Assembly: GCA_900315345.1 (NCBI GenBank) | Contig: OMYP01000004.1 | Span: 33,922-97,921 of the forward strand | Length of the DNA stretch: 64,000 nucleotides | DNA from: an uncultured Selenomonadales bacterium | GTDB taxonomy: Bacteria > Bacillota > Negativicutes > Acidaminococcales > Acidaminococcaceae | Direction: 5' to 3' | Part shown: piece after piece, positions 18,470 to 27,416 of the stretch | Position numbering within the stretch: position 1 is the stretch's first letter | Layout: each line of letters begins with the position of its first letter | Program-made: the position numbers and the translations under genes | The notes under the pieces: model-generated | The model's database searches: none | What the model saw: the letters and a program-made list of their open reading frames with translations, nothing else | Told to the model about the DNA's origin: nothing

Positions 18470-18647
18470 GAAAATGCGCTAAAAAAATACCTGTAAGCAT
18501 TTAAAAAGCTTCTAAAAATTATCCCTTCGTAACTTCTTTCCGGCTTCATAATCCATGGTAAATCATAGTGAATTAGAATGAATTGTGTAACATGCGAAAC
18601 AGTTTTCTGTGTAAAAAAATAATTTGTAAAAATTTTCATCTTTTTGT

Positions 18648-18676
18648 TTGACAATCTGTTTTCTCTCTGCTATCTT
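18648..18676 (+). promoter_or_regulatory. Sigma-A promoter of the T-box/metA leader
   Basis: TTGACA-17 bp-TATCTT. Confidence 0.7.
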
Positions 18677-18701
18677 TAGTCACAAGTTAATATTTTTATT
18701 T

Positions 18702-19028
18702 GGCTGTGAAGAGAAGAGTACGCAGAGGAAAATGCCACAGAGAGCTTTCGGTTTGGTGCAAGAAAGCGCAGGGAACTTTGCCGAAGATGGCCTTGGAGCC
18801 GGCTGGTCGAAGTAATTAAGACCGCCCGGGCGCACCCGTTACAGTGCTGGGGTATTCAAGGAGAAGTTCCCGCGTGCCCGAGAAGCTAATCTGATAAATT
18901 TATTTTTGCTGCTCGCGGTATCAGGGGAAAGAACCCGCGTACCCGAGGAGGCCGGACGTGTGAGCGTCCGGTGAATATGGGTGGTAACACGATGCCTTCG
19001 TCCCATTTGGGGCGGAGGCGTTTTTTAT
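18702..19028 (+). ncRNA. T-box riboswitch, Met-specific
   Basis: AG box (agagag), GGTGNRA motif (ggtgcaa), specifier codon ATG at 18787-18789, T-box aatatgggTGGTaacacg at 18974-18991, terminator gccttcgtccc...ggggcggaggcgtttttt. Sits upstream of metA. Confidence 0.9.
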
Positions 19029-19130
19029 TTTTGTTCTCTTTCACTTACGGAAGCGAAAAATAAAATGTTACACGTTGTCGTCTTCAAATACTTTGACCAT
19101 CACTTCACCAGCCGCAAGGAGGAAAAAGTT

Positions 19131-20054
19131 ATGCCGGTAAAAATCACAAACCAGTTGTCTGCAGTAGAAAATCTGCTGCGGGAAGGAATCATTGCCATTA
19201 CGGAGGAACGGGCGGTGACACAGGATATCCGTCCCCTGAAGATTCTGATCCTGAACCTGATGCCCCTGAAAAAACCGACAGAGCTGCAGTTGCTGCGTCT
19301 GTTGGGCAACAACCCCCTGCAGGTGGAAGTGGATTTTGCCCGGACGGTGACCCGGGAGACGACCCACACGGATAATTCCTATTTGGACAAGGCCTATCTG
19401 GAATTCGCGGACATAAAAGACCGTTATTACGACGGCTTCATCATTACCGGGGCGCCGGTGGAATGTCTGGAATTTGAAGAGGTGGAGTACTGGCCGGAGC
19501 TGGTGGATTATATCCGCTGGTCCCAGGATCATGTTTTCTCCGTTTTGTCCTTCTGCTGGAGCGCCCAGGCCGTGCTGTATTACTACTACGGCATTCAGAA
19601 GCATACGCTGCCACGAAAATTTTTCGGCATTTACAGTTACGGTCTGACAGTGAAGCACCATCCGCTGCTGCGGGGCTTTGACGACCGGTATTTCATTCCT
19701 CAGTCACGGCATACGGATATCGACCACCAGGCCGTGGACGCCGAACCGGATCTGAAGATACTGTCCCGTTCCGTGGAGCGGGGCATCAATATCTGCTGTA
19801 CGGAAGATATGCGGCGCATTTTTGTACTGGGGCATTTCGAGTATGACAGGGAAACCCTGGCCACGGAATACATTCGGGACAAAAAGAAGGGTATGGATCC
19901 GGACCTGCCGGAATACTACTATCCGGATAATGACAGCACGGAGCAGCCTGTTTTTAAGTGGTGCAGTTACGCCCACCTGTTTTACAACAACTGGCTGAAC
20001 ATGGTATATCAGGAAACACCCTATGATTTGACAACGCTGAAGAAAAGGGAATGA
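19131..20054 (+). CDS. metA: Homoserine O-acyltransferase (MetA/HTS family), probably the acetyltransferase type
   Basis: QDIRPLKILILNLMP, DGFIITGAPVE (Glu at the specificity position), FCWSAQA, PQSRH and GHFEY. Confidence 0.93.
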   Translation: MPVKITNQLSAVENLLREGIIAITEERAVTQDIRPLKILILNLMPLKKPTELQLLRLLGNNPLQVEVDFARTVTRETTHTDNSYLDKAYLEFADIKDRYYDGFIITGAPVECLEFEEVEYWPELVDYIRWSQDHVFSVLSFCWSAQAVLYYYYGIQKHTLPRKFFGIYSYGLTVKHHPLLRGFDDRYFIPQSRHTDIDHQAVDAEPDLKILSRSVERGINICCTEDMRRIFVLGHFEYDRETLATEYIRDKKKGMDPDLPEYYYPDNDSTEQPVFKWCSYAHLFYNNWLNMVYQETPYDLTTLKKRE

Positions 20055-20229
20055 TTGTTTTTTATGTTTCAATCTGGCCTTGAGATATAAGAAAGGGATT
20101 CATTGCATATAAAAGCGGTCTAAAAATAATAAATGATGAGAAGAGACTTTCCTTCAAAATTTAAAATTGGTTCCCCTTCGTTAACAAACGAATAAAAAAA
20201 TATAATCAAAATGAAAAGGAGAGAAGATC

Positions 20230-21516
20230 ATGAGTACTTACAAATTTGAAACCTTACAGTTACACGTTGGACAGGAACAGGCAGACCCGGCGACGGACTC
20301 CAGGGCGGTGCCTATTTACCAGACCACTTCCTATGTGTTCCACAACAGCCAGCACGCGGCGGACCGGTTCGGTCTGAAGGATGCCGGAAATATTTACGGA
20401 CGTCTCACCAATTCCACCCAGGACGTGCTGGAAAAACGGCTGGCGGCTCTGGAAGGGGGCAGCGCGGCGCTGGCTCTGGCCTCCGGCGCGGCGGCGGTGA
20501 CCTACGCCGTGCAGGCGCTGGCAGCTAATGGCGGTCACATCGTGGCCCAGAAGACTATCTATGGCGGCAGCTTCAACCTGTTGGAACATACGCTGCCTGC
20601 TTACGGCATCAACACTACTTTTGTGGATGCCCATAACCTGGATGAAATTGAAAATGCAATTCAGGAAAACACACGGGCCATTTATCTGGAAACCCTGGGC
20701 AATCCCAACAGCGACATCCCCGATATCGATGCGGTGGCGGAAATTGCACATAAACACGGCCTGCCTCTGGTCATCGACAACACCTTCGGCACGCCGTACC
20801 TGATCCGTCCCATCGAACACGGCGCGGACGTAGTGATCCATTCAGCAACAAAATTTATCGGCGGACATGGTACCACATTAGGTGGCATCATCGTGGACGG
20901 CGGGAAGTTCGACTGGAAGAAGAGCGGTAAGTTCCCCAACATCGCAGACCCGAACCCCAGTTATCACGGCGTATCTTTCTATGACGCGGTAGGCCCCGCT
21001 GCCTTCGTGACATACATCCGCGCTATCCTGTTGCGTGATACCGGCGCCTGCATCTCTCCCTTCAACGCTTTCCTGCTGCTGCAGGGTGTGGAAACGTTAT
21101 CGCTGCGGCTGGAACGCCATGCGGAAAATACGAAGAAGGTGGTGGAATATTTAAGCGCCCACCCGTTGGTGGAAAGCGTAAGCCATCCGTCTTTACCCGG
21201 ACATCCGGACCATGCGCTGTATGAGAAATACTTCCCTAATGGCGGCGCCTCTATCTTCACTTTTGAAATCAAAGGCGGCCAGGAAGCGGCCTGGAAGTTT
21301 ATTGACAGCCTGAAGATATTCTCCCTGCTGGCCAACGTGGCTGACGTGAAGAGCCTGGTGATCCATCCGGCTTCTACCACCCATTCCCAGCTGACGGAAG
21401 CGGAACTGAAAGACCAGGGCATATCGCCCAGCACCATCCGCCTTTCCATCGGCACGGAGCATATTGATGACATTATTGCGGATCTGGAAAACGGGTTTGC
21501 GGCGATAAGAAAATAA
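20230..21516 (+). CDS. metY: O-acetylhomoserine sulfhydrylase
   Basis: AVPIYQTTSY, GNIYGRLTN, HSATKFIGGHG and LANVADVKSLVIHPASTTHSQL. Confidence 0.95.
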   Translation: MSTYKFETLQLHVGQEQADPATDSRAVPIYQTTSYVFHNSQHAADRFGLKDAGNIYGRLTNSTQDVLEKRLAALEGGSAALALASGAAAVTYAVQALAANGGHIVAQKTIYGGSFNLLEHTLPAYGINTTFVDAHNLDEIENAIQENTRAIYLETLGNPNSDIPDIDAVAEIAHKHGLPLVIDNTFGTPYLIRPIEHGADVVIHSATKFIGGHGTTLGGIIVDGGKFDWKKSGKFPNIADPNPSYHGVSFYDAVGPAAFVTYIRAILLRDTGACISPFNAFLLLQGVETLSLRLERHAENTKKVVEYLSAHPLVESVSHPSLPGHPDHALYEKYFPNGGASIFTFEIKGGQEAAWKFIDSLKIFSLLANVADVKSLVIHPASTTHSQLTEAELKDQGISPSTIRLSIGTEHIDDIIADLENGFAAIRK

Positions 21517-21529
21517 AATTTCCTGTATT

Positions 21530-21562
21530 CCTATTGACATAGTATGAAATAGGTGCTATAAC
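21530..21562 (+). promoter_or_regulatory. cysK promoter with an overlapping inverted repeat (possible Rrf2/CymR-type operator)
   Basis: TTGACA (21534)-17 bp-TATAAC (21557). Inverted repeat cctatt-N12-aatagg spans the -35 element. The regulator assignment is inference. Confidence 0.6.
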
Positions 21563-21650
21563 TATACCCAGGAAGCAACGGAAGTACAGATTTTTATCTG
21601 TACTTCCTGAGGAACACTTCTGAATTATGAAAGCAAAGAGGGGAAAAGTT

Positions 21651-22583
21651 ATGGCAAATATTTACAAGGGTACCTTAGGACTGATCGGCAACACACCGTT
21701 AGTTGAAGTTGTTAACATTGAAAAAGAGTTAGGTCTGGAAGCTACAATTTTGGTTAAGCTGGAGTATTTTAACCCGGCAGGCAGCGTGAAGGACCGCATC
21801 GCCAAGGCCATGATCGAAGATGCGGAAGCGAAAGGACAGCTGAAACCCGGTTCTGTTATCATCGAACCCACTTCCGGCAATACTGGCATCGGCCTGGCTG
21901 CCATCGCAGCGGCTAAAGGCTATCGCATTATCCTCACCATGCCGGAGACCATGAGCGTGGAACGCCGCAACATTTTGAAAGCCTACGGTGCGGAAATCGT
22001 GCTGACGGAAGGGGTGAAGGGCATGAAGGGCGCCATCGCCAAGGCTGACGAGTTGGCGAAGGAAATTCCCAACAGCTTTATTCCCGGCCAGTTTGTGAAC
22101 CCGGCCAACCCGGCTGTCCATAAAGCCACTACCGGCCCGGAGATCTGGAAGGACACTGACGGGAAAGTAGACATCTTTATCGCCGGCGTAGGAACCGGCG
22201 GTACCGTAACGGGCACTGGCGAGTATCTGAAAGAACAGAATCCCAATGTGAAAGTGGTGGCTCTGGAACCGGCAGATTCCCCGGTATTATCCGAAGGCAG
22301 GGCAGGCGCCCATAAGATCCAGGGCATCGGCGCAGGCTTTGTACCGGACGTGCTGAACACAAAACTGTATGATGAGGTATTCAAAGCAGAAAGCGCGGAC
22401 GCCTTTGCGGCGGCAAAACTGCTGGCGAAAAAAGAAGGTATCTCCGTAGGGATTTCCTCCGGCGCCGCGCTCCACGGGGCTATTGAACTGGCAAAACGTC
22501 CGGAGAACAAAGGAAAGATCATCGTAGCCCTGCTGCCCGACAGCGGCGACCGTTATTATTCTACGCCGTTGTTCACAGAGTAA
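21651..22583 (+). CDS. cysK: Cysteine synthase A
   Basis: [16 protein letters not shown] (PLP lysine), [17 protein letters not shown] and [10 protein letters not shown]. Confidence 0.97.
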   Translation: MANIYKGTLGLIGNTPLVEVVNIEKELGLEATILVKLEYFNPAGSVKDRIAKAMIEDAEAKGQLKPGSVIIEPTSGNTGIGLAAIAAAKGYRIILTMPETMSVERRNILKAYGAEIVLTEGVKGMKGAIAKADELAKEIPNSFIPGQFVNPANPAVHKATTGPEIWKDTDGKVDIFIAGVGTGGTVTGTGEYLKEQNPNVKVVALEPADSPVLSEGRAGAHKIQGIGAGFVPDVLNTKLYDEVFKAESADAFAAAKLLAKKEGISVGISSGAALHGAIELAKRPENKGKIIVALLPDSGDRYYSTPLFTE

Positions 22584-22638
22584 TCATGGCTTGCGCTGTT
22601 CCATAATAGGTAAGCGTTTTCATATTTTGCTACTTTAA

Positions 22639-22715
22639 GGCGGCGTAGCCAAGTGTTTAAGGCAATAGTCCGCAAGACTATCATTCCCTGTGTTCAAATC
22701 CGGGCGCCGCCTCCA
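22639..22715 (+). tRNA. Atypical tRNA-Cys (anticodon GCA), non-canonical or pseudo-tRNA
   Basis: Acceptor stem GGCGGCG/CGCCGCC with U73 and CCA. D stem GCC/GGC. Anticodon stem ATAGT/ACTAT with loop CCGCAAG. T loop TTCAAAT. Deviations: C33, G38, no GG in the D loop, bulged T stem. Confidence 0.85.
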
Positions 22716-22770
22716 AATTGATTATTTCGTGTGTTGTCTGTATTTTATATAATCCCGGGGGACAGATATT

Positions 22771-23388
22771 ATGAAAATCCCGTTGCGATACCAGATTTCT
22801 GAATACGATTGCGGGCCTACTTCGCTTTTAAATGCGATGAGCTTTCTGTTTCAGCGGGAGGAAATCTCTCCGGAACTGATTCGCAACATCATGCTGTATT
22901 CCCTGGATAGCTATGGTAGCGGTGGTGTTTTGGGAAAGAGCGGCACCTCCCGTATGGCTATGGCGTTTCTTAGCAACTGGCTGGATGGGGCAGGCAAGAC
23001 TGGAATCCTTCCCATTACAAGCAGGCATCTTTCCGGGAAGGAAGTCTGGCTTGGAAATCAAAGCCTGATTGTGGAAGCTCTTCACAGGAATGGTGCGGCT
23101 GTAGTGCGGCTGCTTTTTGAAGGCGAGCATTATGTACTCCTTACCGGTGAAAAGGAGGGATACGTTTTCCTGTTTGATCCTTATTATCTGCCGGATGGTC
23201 CGTTGTCAGAAGAGGTCGACAGTACGTTAGACCAGCATTTTCGTTATAACCGCATCGTTCCGTTTTCCTGCTTCAACCGGGAGGAAGGGCTGTACGCTCT
23301 GGGCCGCGAAGAAGACCGGGAAGCCGTGCTGATTTTTAATCAGCACACCATGCTTACGCCAGAAAAAAATATTGAGTATTTTATTTAA
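22771..23388 (+). CDS. Peptidase C39-like (papain-fold) protein without a transporter domain
   Basis: Q..EYDCGPTS (Cys), EHYVLL (His) and FDPY (Asp) form a putative catalytic triad. Confidence 0.75.
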   Translation: MKIPLRYQISEYDCGPTSLLNAMSFLFQREEISPELIRNIMLYSLDSYGSGGVLGKSGTSRMAMAFLSNWLDGAGKTGILPITSRHLSGKEVWLGNQSLIVEALHRNGAAVVRLLFEGEHYVLLTGEKEGYVFLFDPYYLPDGPLSEEVDSTLDQHFRYNRIVPFSCFNREEGLYALGREEDREAVLIFNQHTMLTPEKNIEYFI

Positions 23389-23392
23389 AAAC

Positions 23393-24460
23393 ATGAGAAA
23401 AATTATTGTGGGCATGTCCGGCGGTGTTGACAGCGCGGTAACCGCTTATCTGCTGAAAGCCGCCGGATTTGACGTTACGGGGATCACGCTGCGCACCTGG
23501 TCGGGCGCAGACGGGGAGGAGAGCCGTTGCTGTGAAATTAGCGACGCCATGCAGGTGGCGCAGCAGATAGGAATTCCGTATTATGTGCAAAACTGCGTGG
23601 CCTGCTTCCGGAAAAATGTGGTAAAACCTTTCACTTCGGCCTATCTGCAGGGCAGGACGCCCAATCCCTGTGTGGACTGCAACCGCTTTGTCAAATGGGA
23701 GCAGATGATTCTGGCAGCGGAACGCATGCGGGCGGATTATGTAGCAACAGGGCACTATGCTTCTGTGGTCCGCCTGCCTAATGGGCGGTTTACGGTACGG
23801 CAGGCTGCCTTCAGTAACAAGGACCAGACCTACATGCTGTACCGCCTGACGCAGGAACAGCTGGCCCGTACCTTGATACCCCTGGGCAGATTGAGCAAAG
23901 AAGAAGTGCGGCAGATAGCCGAGAAAGCAGGACTGCCTGTGGCGCATAAAAAAGATTCCCAGGAGATATGTTTTGTGGCCCGGGGAGGCTATGCAGAGTA
24001 TATTGCCAATGAGACGGATACGGAAATCCTGCCGGGAAATTTTGTGGATGAACAGGGCAGGGTGATCGGACGGCACAAAGGCATCATCCATTATACGGTA
24101 GGGCAGCGAAAAGGACTGGGTCTTGCACTGGGTCATCCCGCTTACGTGAAAGCGGTGGATGCGGCAAAAAATGAAGTTGTAATCGGGGACGAACAGTCTC
24201 TGTATTGCCGTGAAATACTATGCGATGAAGTGAATTTTATGAGTGTTCCTGATATCGGACCAAAGGAAAAACTGCGGGCGACTGTAAAGATCCGCTATCA
24301 CCATCAGGGGGAAGCCGCCATCATATGCCGGGATGCAGCGGAGACCGTCCGTGTTATTTTTGATAAACCGGTAAAAGCCGCGACCCCGGGACAGTCTGCC
24401 GTATTTTATGATGAAAATAACTGTGTTATAGGCGGCGGGAAGATTGAGGCGGTGATATAA
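23393..24460 (+). CDS. mnmA: tRNA-specific 2-thiouridylase
   Basis: GMSGGVDS PP-loop, CC, TPNPCVDCNR, ATGHYA, KDQTYML, DSQEICF, HYTVGQRKGLG and TPGQSAVFY. Confidence 0.93.
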   Translation: MRKIIVGMSGGVDSAVTAYLLKAAGFDVTGITLRTWSGADGEESRCCEISDAMQVAQQIGIPYYVQNCVACFRKNVVKPFTSAYLQGRTPNPCVDCNRFVKWEQMILAAERMRADYVATGHYASVVRLPNGRFTVRQAAFSNKDQTYMLYRLTQEQLARTLIPLGRLSKEEVRQIAEKAGLPVAHKKDSQEICFVARGGYAEYIANETDTEILPGNFVDEQGRVIGRHKGIIHYTVGQRKGLGLALGHPAYVKAVDAAKNEVVIGDEQSLYCREILCDEVNFMSVPDIGPKEKLRATVKIRYHHQGEAAIICRDAAETVRVIFDKPVKAATPGQSAVFYDENNCVIGGGKIEAVI

Positions 24461-24595
24461 GGATGATATTGGAGAGAAAAATAACATTAATAAAAAATTA
24501 AAGAAATACGCTTTTTTTTAACCTTAAAACATATAAATCCGATATGAAAACGGAGGTTAAAATAAAAACTGTTTTGAAGGAGACAAGAAAATAGA

Positions 24596-25411
24596 ATGAA
24601 AAAAATAATTTTACTTATCAGTTTCTTATTTATAGGTATTTTGCTTGCAGGTTGCGGCAGCGATAATAAAAAAGCAGAAAAGCCTGCCGCAAAAGAAATC
24701 AAGATTGGCGCGACGGCAGGACCGCACGCGCAGGTCGCAGAGGCAGTGGCCAAAGAGGGGAAAAAGCAGGGACTGAATATTAAGGTGATTGAGTTTTCTG
24801 ATTATATTACACCGGATAAAGCGCTGGCGGACGGTGAAATTGATCTGGTAAGCTATCAGCACAAACCATTTATGGAGAATTTCAACAAACAGAACAAATC
24901 GGATCTGGTAGCCATTGGCAAAACGATTTTGATGCGGATGGGTATTTACAGTAATAAGTATAGGGATTTGAAGAATCTGCCGGAAAATGCCATTATCGCG
25001 ATTCCTAACGACCCGACGAACGGAGGCCGCGGTCTGGTCCTGCTGGAAAAGGCTGGGCAGATTAAATTGAAGGACGGCGTCGGTTTTAAAGCCACAGCCA
25101 AAGATGTTGTGGAAAATCCGAAAAAGTTCCGGTTTAAAGAACTGGAAGCGGCTCAGCTTCCTCGCAGCCTTCCGGATGTGGACGCTGCTGTCATTACCAT
25201 GAATTACGTTATGAGCGGCGGACTGGATGTGCAGAAACAGGGACTGTTCTGGGAAACGAAGGATGAACCGCTGGCGGTTATGATCCTGGCCGTAAAGGGC
25301 AAAGATAAAGATAACGCGACCTATCTGAAAATTGCGGAACTGTTCCGTTCTGAAGGCGTGCGCAAATATATAGCAGATACCTTTAAGGGAACAATAGTAC
25401 CGGCGGAATGA
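24596..25411 (+). CDS. metQ: MetQ/NlpA-family methionine ABC transporter substrate-binding lipoprotein
   Basis: Lipobox LAGC, IGATAGPH, FSDY..P..AL, YQHKPF and IPNDPTNGGRGL. Confidence 0.9.
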   Translation: MKKIILLISFLFIGILLAGCGSDNKKAEKPAAKEIKIGATAGPHAQVAEAVAKEGKKQGLNIKVIEFSDYITPDKALADGEIDLVSYQHKPFMENFNKQNKSDLVAIGKTILMRMGIYSNKYRDLKNLPENAIIAIPNDPTNGGRGLVLLEKAGQIKLKDGVGFKATAKDVVENPKKFRFKELEAAQLPRSLPDVDAAVITMNYVMSGGLDVQKQGLFWETKDEPLAVMILAVKGKDKDNATYLKIAELFRSEGVRKYIADTFKGTIVPAE

Positions 25412-25465
25412 TCATCGGGAAAACAGAGAATTGCAATGATTCAGGCTTGTAACGGAGGAGTTCGG

Positions 25466-26833
25466 ATGGCTTCACATGTAATTGATAATCTGTTGCTGCA
25501 GGACAGTTTTGGAACAGATGAAATGAGAATGGTCTGGAATGAAAAGAACCGATTACAGAAGCAGCTTGATGTAGAACGGGCGTTAGCTGAAGCAGAGGGA
25601 GAACTGGAAGTGATTCCCCAAGAAGCTGCGGCGGTAATCGCTTCGGTTGCAGACAGCAGACGGTTCGATTTACAGGAATTGGCTCACGCAGGACTTACTT
25701 CCAAACACAGTCTGATTGCCACAATAAAAAAATTGCAGGAACTGGCTGGTACGGCAGGAGAGTTTGTGCATTACGGCGCCACGACACAGGATATTGTGGA
25801 TACCGGTACCGTGTTGCAGTTAAAAGAGGCGCATCAGATCATTCGGCGGGATTTGAAGAAACTGTTGTATAAAATGACATCTGCCGCCGCGCAATATAAG
25901 ACGGTACCAATGGCGGGGCGCACGCATGGAGTACAGGCGCTTCCCATAACGTTTGGCTTTAAGCTGTCAGTCATTGTCTGTGAACTGGGGCGGCATCTGG
26001 AGAGGCTTGAAGAACTGGAACACAGAGTGTTTGTCGGTGTGTTGTGCGGTGCTGTAGGCACATACGCTTCTTTTGATGGGAGAGGCAATGAAATTGAGGC
26101 AAATGTTATGAAAAAGCTGGGACTGGCTGTGCCGGAAATTTGCTGGCATGCATCCCGGGACCGTTTTGCCGAGTATGCTTCTGTTTTATCCTTATTAAGT
26201 GCTACCCTTGGTAAACTTGGTCATGAGTTTTATACATTGATGGCCACGGAAATTGACGAGGTAGAAGAACCGTTTTCCAAAGGAACCATTGGGTCGTCAA
26301 CCATGCCGCAAAAAAGGAACCCTGCCTTGCTGGAAGGGCTGGCAAGTCTGACCAGGCCTGTATTTTACAGTGCGGCGCTGGTACGTGAAGCAATGTTGAT
26401 GGAACATGAACGGGATGCCATGGCCTGGCGTGCAGAGTGGATTGCACTGCCGGAAATCTGTATCTATATTGCCCGCCAGCTGGGGAGCGCCCTTGTACTT
26501 TTTGACGGTTTGCAGGTCAAAACGGATAACATGCGGAAAAATCTGGATATATCAGGCGGTCTGATCGTTTCGGAAAAGATCATGTTTGAGCTGGGAAAAT
26601 TTCTGGGAAAACAGACTGCGCATGCTCTTGTATATGAACTGGCAATGACGGCACAGGAACAGGAAATCCCTTTTGCCGTGTTATTGAAGCAGAATGAAAA
26701 GGTCCGCAGATATTTGAGTGAACAGCAGATTGCCGCATTGCTGAATCCGGCTAATTATCTGGGAGAAGCGGCAGAAAAGGTTGAGCAGGTATTGGCGCTT
26801 GCGAAAGCAAAGGGATGGATGGACGGGGCCTGA
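25466..26833 (+). CDS. Adenylosuccinate-lyase-like fumarase-superfamily lyase, candidate S-(2-succino)cysteine lyase
   Basis: HYGATTQD, GRTHGVQA and the signature GSSTMPQKRNP. Context with GNAT, MmgE/PrpD and a polar amino acid ABC transporter. Confidence 0.8.
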   Translation: MASHVIDNLLLQDSFGTDEMRMVWNEKNRLQKQLDVERALAEAEGELEVIPQEAAAVIASVADSRRFDLQELAHAGLTSKHSLIATIKKLQELAGTAGEFVHYGATTQDIVDTGTVLQLKEAHQIIRRDLKKLLYKMTSAAAQYKTVPMAGRTHGVQALPITFGFKLSVIVCELGRHLERLEELEHRVFVGVLCGAVGTYASFDGRGNEIEANVMKKLGLAVPEICWHASRDRFAEYASVLSLLSATLGKLGHEFYTLMATEIDEVEEPFSKGTIGSSTMPQKRNPALLEGLASLTRPVFYSAALVREAMLMEHERDAMAWRAEWIALPEICIYIARQLGSALVLFDGLQVKTDNMRKNLDISGGLIVSEKIMFELGKFLGKQTAHALVYELAMTAQEQEIPFAVLLKQNEKVRRYLSEQQIAALLNPANYLGEAAEKVEQVLALAKAKGWMDGA

Positions 26834-26900
26834 AAGTAAAAATTATAGAAAAGCATTCCTGGGATTTTTAATGAGTCAGGGGGCAGAAAGGAAAACGAAA

Positions 26901-27392
26901 ATGAACCAGGTGTTCAGAGCACTTGAAGAAAATGATATAGAAGAATTTCACCGCTTCCTGACTGCGGCGTATGCGGAAGATTTGCAGTATGGAATTTATT
27001 TTCAGGCTGCTTTTGCTACTATAACTGATATAACAACGCATCTGATCAATAATCTCTGTTATGTTATGGAACAGGACGGGATTATTATCTCATCCTGCTC
27101 TCTGAGGATGCCCTGGGGACCAAATCCGGGTCCGGAGATATTTCCACATTTAGGATGGGTGTCGACGCGTCCGGAATACAAGCATCAGGGCTTTGGTTCA
27201 AAAATGCTGGACTGGGTAGAACAGGAGATTCTGATAAAGCAGATGAAAGCGCCGGCAGTAACTTTGGGAACTGCAGAAGAACATCCCTGGCTGATCAGGA
27301 TGTATGAGAAACGGGGATATGTTGCGTTTGAAAAACGCAGGCTTCATGAAGACCATATTACGGTTTATATGAAAAAAATATTACGTCCGTAA
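26901..27392 (+). CDS. GNAT-family N-acetyltransferase (YxeL-like)
   Basis: Acetyl-CoA motif VSTRPEYKHQGFGSKML, LGTAEEHPWL..MYEKRGY and RMPWGPNPG. Confidence 0.88.
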   Translation: MNQVFRALEENDIEEFHRFLTAAYAEDLQYGIYFQAAFATITDITTHLINNLCYVMEQDGIIISSCSLRMPWGPNPGPEIFPHLGWVSTRPEYKHQGFGSKMLDWVEQEILIKQMKAPAVTLGTAEEHPWLIRMYEKRGYVAFEKRRLHEDHITVYMKKILRP

Positions 27393-27416
27393 TAAATGGA
27401 AAAAAGGTGAAAAACA

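Noticed and set aside
24516-24562. Inverted repeat ttttaacct/aggttaaaa upstream of metQ as a SAM riboswitch or T-box
   Set aside because: Too short, and no SAM-I, SMK or T-box consensus elements are present.
25466-26833. Calling this gene housekeeping purB
   Set aside because: Its context (GNAT, MmgE/PrpD, amino acid ABC transporter) and composition point to a specialised lyase, so the symbol was withheld.
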